Source: an uncultured Prevotellaceae bacterium (lineage in GTDB: Bacteria; Bacteroidota; Bacteroidia; Bacteroidales; Bacteroidaceae). Taken from it: a stretch of DNA of 64,000 nt. Location: NCBI GenBank assembly GCA_946404865.1, contig CAMJFC010000009.1:481-64480 (forward strand), read 5' to 3'. Under the pieces are notes generated by a model. It was not told the origin of the DNA. It saw only the letters and a list, made by a program, of their open reading frames with translations, and searched no databases. This document shows, piece by piece, positions 9,684-17,241 of the stretch; the stretch's first letter is position 1; every line of letters starts with the position of its first letter. The translations under genes and the position numbers were made by a program.

Positions 9684-10604
9684 ATGATGATAAGAGATGC
9701 TATAATCAAAAAAATCTTCGCACCCGCACTGACACTCTTGGCGGTTTTCACCCTCACGGCCTGCGGCAGCGATGACGATGACAGCGGCGGTGGACAAAAG
9801 ACTACCACGCGCAATGTGAATGCCAACGTGGCGACACGACCCGAATACGCACGGTTGGAGTTTCCGAAACTCAAAGGTGGAACCAACGTGGTGCTGGTGC
9901 ATACCGACCCTTCTTACGGTGTGAACTACAGCGTGGAATGGGATGTATCAAAGAAGAGCCAGCGCTGGTCATGTTTCCAATGGTATAACGCCAATAGTGG
10001 AAGCGGCGGGAAGCGCTTTTACGGCAACCCGCAGTACCCCAAAGATCCAGACCTTCCCACCCCCTCAGGATGGACACCCGACAATGACCCTTACAAAGGT
10101 AGCGGTTACGACCATGGCCATATCGTAGCCTCAGCCGACAGGCTGTGTTCAGATAACATGAATTACCAGACGTTCTTTCTGACCAATATGCAGCCACAGA
10201 AAAACAGCTTCAATTCAAAACTATGGGCTAAGATGGAGGACCAAGTGCGCAAATGGAATACCTCTTCCACCCGCGACACGCTCTTCGTGTGCAAGGGTGG
10301 CACCATCGACCATGCCGACCAGATATTGGAGACCACATGGAAAGGACTGTTGGTACCACGCTATTTCTTTATGGCCGTGCTGTGCAAGAAAAACAGTGAC
10401 AAGACCAACGGAGGGTATAAGGCCATGGCTTTCTGGGTGGAACATCTGAATGAAGACCGCTCGGGCGACAACCTGAAAGATTACGTCATCACGATTGATG
10501 AGTTGGAAGAGTTGACGGGCATTGACTTCTTCTGCAACCTGCCCGATGACATCGAAAACAAAGTCGAAGCACAATATGCCCCGAATGCTTGGGGCATGAA
10601 ATAA
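9684..10604 (+). CDS. DNA/RNA non-specific endonuclease (NucA/EndoG, His-Me finger) lipoprotein
   Basis: Lipobox LTAC; GYDHGH, TFFLTNMQPQ, FN..LW..ME, IDELEELTGIDFF. Confidence 0.93.
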   Translation: MMIRDAIIKKIFAPALTLLAVFTLTACGSDDDDSGGGQKTTTRNVNANVATRPEYARLEFPKLKGGTNVVLVHTDPSYGVNYSVEWDVSKKSQRWSCFQWYNANSGSGGKRFYGNPQYPKDPDLPTPSGWTPDNDPYKGSGYDHGHIVASADRLCSDNMNYQTFFLTNMQPQKNSFNSKLWAKMEDQVRKWNTSSTRDTLFVCKGGTIDHADQILETTWKGLLVPRYFFMAVLCKKNSDKTNGGYKAMAFWVEHLNEDRSGDNLKDYVITIDELEELTGIDFFCNLPDDIENKVEAQYAPNAWGMK

Positions 10605-10607
10605 AAA

Positions 10608-10755
10608 ATGGCCTCCTCCGAGGACTCTGGAGGAGGGCCCCAATCACAACGAATAGAGGATGAGTCCACTAAAATATAAGAGCAACGGCAAGACCCGATG
10701 GGCATTGCCGTTGCTATGTTTTATCCCAAAAAGTGCCCCCTCCAGGAGGGGGTAC
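10608..10755. terminator. Three consecutive hairpins between convergent genes
   Basis: CCTCCTCC/GGAGGAGG, AGCAACGGCAA/TTGCCGTTGCT and GTGCCCCCTCC/GGAGGGGGTAC stems with flanking A/T runs. Confidence 0.65.
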
Positions 10756-10769
10756 GAGAGAGTACTTTC

Positions 10770-11420
10770 TTACTTGTGTCCGCCTTGTCCTGTGGCGTGC
10801 TTGGTCTCCGTCTTCTGGGCAGGAGCCGCATTATCGCCTTCGAACAGATTGCCGGAACCATCAGCATAGGTGTAACGCGTCAGGTCGAAATCGTTGTATT
10901 CGTTGGTCTTCGCGTTAAACATGCTGCCATAGAAGCGGTCGGCATCCACATGATAGCTGTCCATGCGCATGGTGCGCCCGTTGGAGTCGAACTTCAACAT
11001 GATGTCTTTTGTCTTCCCATTGGGGTTGCTCTTCTCGTCGATATACCAGCTGAACGTGTCGTAATAATCTTCCTCGCCATCTAAGTAGTCGATTTCCACG
11101 CCACGACCGTTGATGGTATTGTAGCTGTACAGGTCGAACTCGAACACGGTGGTGTAATAGGTCTCCACCATCTTGCCGCTTATTTCATCTGGGGCAGTGA
11201 TTTTGAGCGAGCCTTCCCATTTGCCGCGCATGGTCTGTGCCAACCGGATGAGATAGTCGTAATCGCTACTCGGCGTATATTTGTCACGATAGCGGTCACC
11301 GTACCACCCGTAGTCGTATTCATCGTAATAGTAGTGGTCTTCGCAGCTGCTGAAGGCGAACGCCATGATGGCCACCATGGCCAACGTGAACATCTTGGTT
11401 GTAGAAGAAAAGAATTTCAT
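10770..11420 (-). CDS. Tyr-rich lipoprotein of unknown function
   Basis: Lipobox FSSC-ED; LAQTMRGKWEG and GRGVEIDY shared with the neighbouring gene. Confidence 0.75.
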   Translation of the reverse strand: MKFFSSTTKMFTLAMVAIMAFAFSSCEDHYYYDEYDYGWYGDRYRDKYTPSSDYDYLIRLAQTMRGKWEGSLKITAPDEISGKMVETYYTTVFEFDLYSYNTINGRGVEIDYLDGEEDYYDTFSWYIDEKSNPNGKTKDIMLKFDSNGRTMRMDSYHVDADRFYGSMFNAKTNEYNDFDLTRYTYADGSGNLFEGDNAAPAQKTETKHATGQGGHK

Positions 11421-11545
11421 AGTCGTATGTTTTTAAATTGTTAATATGCTTGTTTGATGAACTCTGATGCAAAGATAGTGCATCTTCGTATATCAAACAA
11501 GCATAAAAACTCTATTCGTTGATAGGGAAATCCCTATTTCGTCGA

Positions 11546-12106
11546 TTATTGGGCAGGTACAATCACCGGCACGGGCTTTTCCACCTCTTCGGTATCAAAC
11601 TGAGCCTCATTGCCCCAGTAATAGCCGTCGTCCCATCCCCAGTGCCAGCCAGAATCCCAGTAAGGCGAGTCGATGTGATAAAGTCTGAATCTCATCTTCT
11701 CTCCATCCTGCCGTATCTCGCCGGTGAAATAGTTGTCGGTCAGGCTATAGTCCCAGATTTCGATGGTGTAATTATCTTCGATGAAGTGAATGGTAATTAC
11801 CTGCCATGTCACATCCCATGTAATATGGTTGGCAATGTAATCATAGCGTGAGCTCCATGGATGCGATTTGAAATAATCCACCCAGACGCCCCGACCCGAC
11901 GAATATCTGTAAGGGTCTTTATCGAAATAGACCTGAGTGCGGTAGGAGTCGTAATAATATCCATCGTACATACGACCGTAGGCAGTGTCTCCCTCCCATG
12001 CGCCAGCGAGCGTGCGTGCAATGGCCTCATCCTCTTCACACGAAGTGAAAGAAAATGACATCAGAGCGGCCAGCAAGACCATCAGTAATGTAGAATTCTT
12101 TTTCAT
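11546..12106 (-). CDS. Tyr/Trp-rich lipoprotein, paralog of 10770..11420
   Basis: Lipobox FTSC-EE; IARTLAGAWEG, GRGVWVDY. Confidence 0.75.
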   Translation of the reverse strand: MKKNSTLLMVLLAALMSFSFTSCEEDEAIARTLAGAWEGDTAYGRMYDGYYYDSYRTQVYFDKDPYRYSSGRGVWVDYFKSHPWSSRYDYIANHITWDVTWQVITIHFIEDNYTIEIWDYSLTDNYFTGEIRQDGEKMRFRLYHIDSPYWDSGWHWGWDDGYYWGNEAQFDTEEVEKPVPVIVPAQ

Positions 12107-12270
12107 AAAATCATCGTTTTTGAATTTTCGTTGCAAATATACTCATTTTGCATGAAAAGACCTTCATAAAATGAATAATTTTATCAAAATAGATTTGCAG
12201 ATTCCGTTTTTTTGCCTAAATTTGCAAAAAGAATATACAAAAGCGCATATTTACCTATTTTAATAAAACA

Positions 12271-12825
12271 ATGAAAACCGTTTACGATTATTCTGTGAAA
12301 GACAGAAAAGGCAACAGCGTTTCGCTGAAATCTTACGCCAACGAAGTGTTACTCATCGTCAATACCGCCACCAAATGCGGTTTCACCCCCCAGTACGAAG
12401 AGTTGGAGAAGCTGTATGAGAAGCATCACAGCGAGGGTTTCGAAGTGCTCGACTTCCCCTGCAACCAGTTCGGACAGCAGGCCCCTGGCACTGACGACTC
12501 CATCCACAGTTTTTGCAAACTGACATACGGCACTGAGTTCCCGCGCTTCAAGAAAGTCAAGGTGAACGGCGATGATGCCGACCCGCTCTTCCAATTCCTC
12601 AAAGAGCAGAAAGGTTTTGCCGGTTGGGATATGGAACACCCCATCGCACACATCCTCGATGAGATGCTGAGCAAGGCCGACCCCGACTACAAAGAGAAGA
12701 GCGACATCAAATGGAACTTCACCAAATTCCTCATCAACAAGAAAGGACAGGTGGTGGCACGCTTTGAGCCCACTGCCAAGACAGAATTGATTGAAGAGCA
12801 AATCATCAAGCTCTTGCACGAATAA
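12271..12825 (+). CDS. Glutathione peroxidase family protein
   Basis: IVNTATKCGFTPQY, FPCNQFGQQ, IKWNFTKFLI. Confidence 0.95.
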   Translation: MKTVYDYSVKDRKGNSVSLKSYANEVLLIVNTATKCGFTPQYEELEKLYEKHHSEGFEVLDFPCNQFGQQAPGTDDSIHSFCKLTYGTEFPRFKKVKVNGDDADPLFQFLKEQKGFAGWDMEHPIAHILDEMLSKADPDYKEKSDIKWNFTKFLINKKGQVVARFEPTAKTELIEEQIIKLLHE

Positions 12826-12836
12826 GTTCATTGTTT

Positions 12837-12930
12837 GGGGCAGGGGGCAAGGAGCAAGGGGCAAGAGATATGCTTAGAACCCTAAAACCTGAACCCTAAA
12901 CTGAGTTAGAACCATAAATCCTAAACCCTC
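12837..12930 (+). repeat. Composite heptamer repeat element, copy 1
   Basis: (GGGGCAR)n - GAGATATGCTTAGAAC (12865-12880) - (CCTAAAC-like)n, ending at the trxB ATG. Confidence 0.85.
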
Positions 12931-13869
12931 ATGGAACAACGAGAACATGTGCGCTGCCTCATTATCGGCAGCGGGCCGGCAGGATACACCGCCGCCATCT
13001 ATGCCGCACGGGCCAATCTCAACCCCGTGGAATACTGCGGTATGCAGACAGGCGGCCAACTGACACAAACCACTACCGTCGAGAACTTCCCCGGCTATCC
13101 CGAAGGCATCGACGGCAATGAGATGATGATGCAATTACGCAGTCAGGCCGAGCGTTTCGGCACCGACATCCGCGACGGCGAAATTGTGAAGGCCGACCTG
13201 AGCCAACAGCCCTACGTGCTGACCACCGACCGAGGTGTAGAGATAGAAGCCGACACCGTGATTATCGCCACAGGGGCTTCCGCCAAATATTTGGGTTTAG
13301 AGGATGAGAAGAAATACAACGGCCAGGGCGTTTCGGCCTGTGCCACCTGCGACGGGTTCTTCTACCGGAAGCGCACCGTGGCTGTGGTGGGCGGCGGCGA
13401 CACCGCCTGCGAAGAGGCACTCTATCTGGCCGGCTTGGCCAAAAAAGTCTATATGATTGTGCGCAAGCCTTTCCTCCGCGCCTCTGATGTGATGCAGAAA
13501 CGGGTGAAAGAGACGGAGAACATCGAGATCTTGTTCGAGCACAACACCCTCGGCCTTTACGGTCAGTACGGGGTGGAGGGCGCACACGTCGTGAAACGGC
13601 TGGGACAGCCCGATGAGGAGCGCTATGACCTGCCCATCGACGGGTTCTTCCTCGCCATCGGACACAAGCCCAACAGCGATATCTTCAAAGAGTGGTTGGA
13701 GACCGATGAGACCGGTTATATCAAAACCATTGACGGTGGTCCCTGCACAAAACTGCCGGGTGTCTTCGCCGCTGGTGATGTGGCCGACCCGCACTATCGA
13801 CAGGCCATCACCGCAGCCGCCAGCGGTTGCAAGGCCGCCATCGAAGCTGACCGATACCTAAGGGGTTAA
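12931..13869 (+). CDS. trxB: Thioredoxin-disulfide reductase
   Basis: IIGSGPAGYTAA, GVSACATCDG, VVGGGDTA, GVFAAGDV. Confidence 0.97.
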   Translation: MEQREHVRCLIIGSGPAGYTAAIYAARANLNPVEYCGMQTGGQLTQTTTVENFPGYPEGIDGNEMMMQLRSQAERFGTDIRDGEIVKADLSQQPYVLTTDRGVEIEADTVIIATGASAKYLGLEDEKKYNGQGVSACATCDGFFYRKRTVAVVGGGDTACEEALYLAGLAKKVYMIVRKPFLRASDVMQKRVKETENIEILFEHNTLGLYGQYGVEGAHVVKRLGQPDEERYDLPIDGFFLAIGHKPNSDIFKEWLETDETGYIKTIDGGPCTKLPGVFAAGDVADPHYRQAITAAASGCKAAIEADRYLRG

Positions 13870-13871
13870 TT

Positions 13872-14037
13872 GGGGGCAAGGAGCAAGGGGCAAGAGATAT
13901 GCTTAGAACCCTCAACACTCCACCCTAAACCTTCAACCCTAAACTTTCAACCTTGTAAGAACACTAAACCCTAAACCTTCAACCCTCAACCTTGTAAGAA
14001 CACTAAACCCTAAACCTTCAACCCTCAACCTTCCAGC
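13872..14037 (+). repeat. Composite heptamer repeat element, copy 2, with an internal 39-bp tandem duplication
   Basis: Same core GAGATATGCTTAGAAC at 13894-13909; TCAACCTTGTAAGAACACTAAACCCTAAACCTTCAACCC occurs twice. Confidence 0.85.
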
Positions 14038-14517
14038 ATGACACTTGAGTTTATACTTCGTATCTTCGTGGCTGCCATCTTGGGCGGCGCCATCGGACTG
14101 GAGCGCGAATACCGCGAGAAAGCAGCAGGTTTTCGCACCCACTTCTTAGTGGCGTTAGGTTCGGCTCTGTTCATGATTATCTCCGCCTACGGTTTTGAGC
14201 ATGCACTCACCTCGCCCGAGCACCGCTTAGATGTGTCGCGTATCGCCGCGCAGGTGGTCACCGGCATCGGTTTTATCGGTGCGGGCACCATCATCTTCCA
14301 AAAGAACACCATACGCGGACTGACCACCGCAGCGGGAGTATGGGTGACCGCCGCCATCGGCTTGGCATGCGGTGGCGGACTCTACACCCTGGCTCTGGCT
14401 TCTACGCTCATGGTCCTTTTAGGATTAGAGGCTTTCAACTATTGGCTCAGGCGGATAGACAGTAAGAGGAAGAAGGCCTCCCATCATAAGGAGGAAGTTA
14501 CCGATAGCGAAGAATAA
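14038..14517 (+). CDS. MgtC/SapB family membrane protein
   Basis: IGLEREYREKAAGFRTH, RIAAQVVTGIGFIGAG, GLTTAA. Confidence 0.95.
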   Translation: MTLEFILRIFVAAILGGAIGLEREYREKAAGFRTHFLVALGSALFMIISAYGFEHALTSPEHRLDVSRIAAQVVTGIGFIGAGTIIFQKNTIRGLTTAAGVWVTAAIGLACGGGLYTLALASTLMVLLGLEAFNYWLRRIDSKRKKASHHKEEVTDSEE

Positions 14518-14520
14518 ACA

Positions 14521-15384
14521 ATGAAACGCGGATTGGTCTTAGAAGGTGGTGCCATGCGGGGATTGTTCACGGCAGGGGTGACCGATGTGTGGACGGAGGC
14601 AGGGGTGACCTTCGATGGCATTATCGGTGTGTCGGCAGGTGCTGCTTTCGGTTGCAACATCAAGTCACGACAACCTGGCCGCGCCATCCGCTATAACAAA
14701 CGTTTCAGTCGCGACCCCCGTTACAGTGGCTGGCGGTCGCTTTGGAAAAGTGGCGACATCTACAATGCACAGTTCGCCTACCATGAAGTGCCCACCCGGT
14801 ACGACATCTTCGACGACAAGGCGTTTGATGAGAACCCGGTGGCCTTCTACGTGGTCTGCACCGATGTGGAAACGGGGAAACCCGTATATCAACAACTGAC
14901 GAAAACGAACTACGACTGCTACGAATGGATTCGCGCGTCGGCCTCCATGCCTATCGTGTCGAAAGTGGTGGAACTGGAAGGCAAGAAACTGCTCGACGGG
15001 GGCATCACCGACTCCATCCCCCTCGCCTACTTCGAGCAGTTAGGCTACGACCGCAACGTGGTCATCCTGACACAGCCCGATGGTTATGTGAAAGGTCCGA
15101 ACCGCTACATGCCCCTCATCCGATGGAGTCTGCGGCACTACCCCAAGACGGTCATCGCCTCGCGCGACCGACATCTGATGTACAACCAGCAGTTGGACTA
15201 TGTGCGCAAACGCGAACAAGAAGGCGACACGTTGGTGATACGCCCCGACGAAGCTCTCGCCATAGGACATATCGAGCATGATGCCGACAAGATGCAACGC
15301 ATCTATGACATCGGTCGCCAAAAAGGAGAGGCCACGCTACAACAAGTACAGCAATTTCTGCAAGAAAAGAATCATAAATTATAA
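14521..15384 (+). CDS. Patatin-like phospholipase
   Basis: LEGGAMRG, GVSAG, DGG motifs. Confidence 0.93.
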   Translation: MKRGLVLEGGAMRGLFTAGVTDVWTEAGVTFDGIIGVSAGAAFGCNIKSRQPGRAIRYNKRFSRDPRYSGWRSLWKSGDIYNAQFAYHEVPTRYDIFDDKAFDENPVAFYVVCTDVETGKPVYQQLTKTNYDCYEWIRASASMPIVSKVVELEGKKLLDGGITDSIPLAYFEQLGYDRNVVILTQPDGYVKGPNRYMPLIRWSLRHYPKTVIASRDRHLMYNQQLDYVRKREQEGDTLVIRPDEALAIGHIEHDADKMQRIYDIGRQKGEATLQQVQQFLQEKNHKL

Positions 15385-15388
15385 TACT

Positions 15389-15856
15389 ATGACGAAAGAA
15401 GAACTGATGCGCAGAGCCATCCTGCTCTCTGTGGAGAGCGTGCGCAAGGGCGGTGGCCCCTTTGGAGCCGTCATTGCCCGCAACGGTGAGATTATCGCTG
15501 AAGGCTCCAACAGCGTGACCATAGAATGTGACCCCACGGCTCATGCCGAAGTAAGCACCATACGCAAGGCCACAAAAGCCTTAGGCACCTTCGACCTCGA
15601 GGGTTGCGAAATCTATACCTCGTGCGAGCCGTGCCCCATGTGTCTCGGTGCCATCTACTGGGCACACCTCGACAAGATTTACTATGCCAACGACCGTAAA
15701 GACGCCGCCGCTATCGGTTTCGACGACGACTTCATTTACGAAGAGTTTGCACTGAAACCCGAAGATCGTAAAAAACCCTCTGAGATTCTGCTTCGCGACG
15801 AGGCGCTCATGGCTTTCCGCGAGTGGGAACAGAAAGATGACAAAACGGAGTATTAA
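15389..15856 (+). CDS. guaD: Nucleoside/guanine deaminase (CDA fold, GuaD-like)
   Basis: GGPFGAVI, DPTAHAE, SCEPCPMCLGAIYWA, IGFDDDFIY. Confidence 0.88.
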   Translation: MTKEELMRRAILLSVESVRKGGGPFGAVIARNGEIIAEGSNSVTIECDPTAHAEVSTIRKATKALGTFDLEGCEIYTSCEPCPMCLGAIYWAHLDKIYYANDRKDAAAIGFDDDFIYEEFALKPEDRKKPSEILLRDEALMAFREWEQKDDKTEY

Positions 15857-15865
15857 ACCACCCTC

Positions 15866-17191
15866 ATGAAAAACAATTGTTGTAGAACCCTTTTGCTCGC
15901 CTTGCTTGCGATGTTCAGCATTTCTTCGGCATCAGCCCAACGTTGCGTGGATGCGATGGAGAAGAAAATCCAAAAGCGCCACGCCGGTGTGGAAGATGTG
16001 CGGAACACCTTCGGCATTGACCTGAGCCCGGTGTGGCACAGCCACGGTTATATCGGTTTTATCGGTCCTGACTACCAACGGCTGAAGGTCAGCATCAACG
16101 ATGTGGAACGCAAAGAGCAACAGACCTATGAACTGAGGGGAAGGATGGAGTCGCCCCGCTACAGTTGCGATGTGAAAGGGGAGTTATTGGTGTTGCATAT
16201 CTACACGAAAGCACCGACCAAAACGGGACATCTGAAAGGAGAACAGCTATACGACATCTTCGGTGTCTATCGTCTGACCGAGACGGGCACCAAGAGCGGC
16301 CGCTTTGAGGGTTTTGTCATCAGCGAGGTGTTCACGCAGGATGGCAGAGCTTATCCCTGCGGCATGGATGAAGCCGGTGCTGACTTCCGCAACAACCAGT
16401 TTGAGGGGGTGTGGATTTCTGAGGATAATGGTTTGCAGAAAGAGGCCAACTGGGGTATCGGGCGCATTCCCGACAGCGGTGACCTCGACATCGGCAAGGA
16501 GATGTTCAAACCCGCCGAGAAATATTGGAAAAGCGGCTGGGAGACCTACGAACAGGATGCGCGCGACGAGGCCACCGATTATATGAATTCGCTCTATGCC
16601 AGTGAGGGTGTGATCGACGACCATCTGACATGGAAATCCTGGGCCGACATCGAAGGCTTTGCGAAAACCACGCTCTTCTGTGACGGTGAACCCATACGGG
16701 TGTTCCGCTCGTTCCACGGCGAGGACACACCGCCATTTATGATGGGCGCGGGCGTGCTGACTTATGTGGATGCCAATTTCGACAACTATCCCGATGTGCT
16801 CATCAGTTTAGGTTCGCGCGGCAGCCGCCATTTCAGCGTCTATGAGTGCTACCTTTACGACCCTGCCACAGAGACTTTCCTGTTGACTGAGGGTTTCGAT
16901 CTTGTCATCAACCCCACCTTCGATGCCCAACGAAAAGTGGTATATGGTTGTGGTCACTCCTCATACGCCACCATCGAGCATAGACGTTTTGAATGGCAGG
17001 GCAACCGCATCTCCGAGAAGAGCATCGTTGAGGTCACTATCAATGAGGAGGGCAACCCCATCAGCTATTCCGAGTCGCAGGTCATCGACCGTGGCGACAG
17101 TTTCGACTTCATCCCCTTGCATGAGAACGTGCAGATGGACCAACTCAGCCCGGAATGGCAGGAGCATCTCGCGAAAGGAGAAGAGTTTTAA
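15866..17191 (+). CDS. Secreted hypothetical protein, probably two domains
   Basis: Signal peptide; long ORF with host-like codon usage; DANFDNYPD Ca-binding-like loop. Confidence 0.75.
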   Translation: MKNNCCRTLLLALLAMFSISSASAQRCVDAMEKKIQKRHAGVEDVRNTFGIDLSPVWHSHGYIGFIGPDYQRLKVSINDVERKEQQTYELRGRMESPRYSCDVKGELLVLHIYTKAPTKTGHLKGEQLYDIFGVYRLTETGTKSGRFEGFVISEVFTQDGRAYPCGMDEAGADFRNNQFEGVWISEDNGLQKEANWGIGRIPDSGDLDIGKEMFKPAEKYWKSGWETYEQDARDEATDYMNSLYASEGVIDDHLTWKSWADIEGFAKTTLFCDGEPIRVFRSFHGEDTPPFMMGAGVLTYVDANFDNYPDVLISLGSRGSRHFSVYECYLYDPATETFLLTEGFDLVINPTFDAQRKVVYGCGHSSYATIEHRRFEWQGNRISEKSIVEVTINEEGNPISYSESQVIDRGDSFDFIPLHENVQMDQLSPEWQEHLAKGEEF

Positions 17192-17210
17192 TATTCCCTA
17201 TATCTTCTTA

Positions 17211-17241
17211 AGAGAAGACCCGTCACAGGCGGGTCTTCTCT
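17211..17241. terminator. Hairpin overlapping the stop codon of the convergent receptor gene
   Basis: AGAGAAGACCC-9 nt-GGGTCTTCTCT. Confidence 0.6.

Noticed and set aside
11445-11505. Classical invertible promoter
   Set aside because: Only 33 bp between the arms, shorter than typical Bacteroidales invertible promoters, and no recombinase nearby; kept as a structured promoter
13947-14032. 39-bp direct repeats as a mini CRISPR array
   Set aside because: Contiguous tandem duplication with no unique spacers; no cas genes
13872-14037. CCCTAAA runs resembling plant telomere repeats (possible contamination)
   Set aside because: Units are degenerate, sit inside a bacterial operon and share a fixed core with two other intergenic copies
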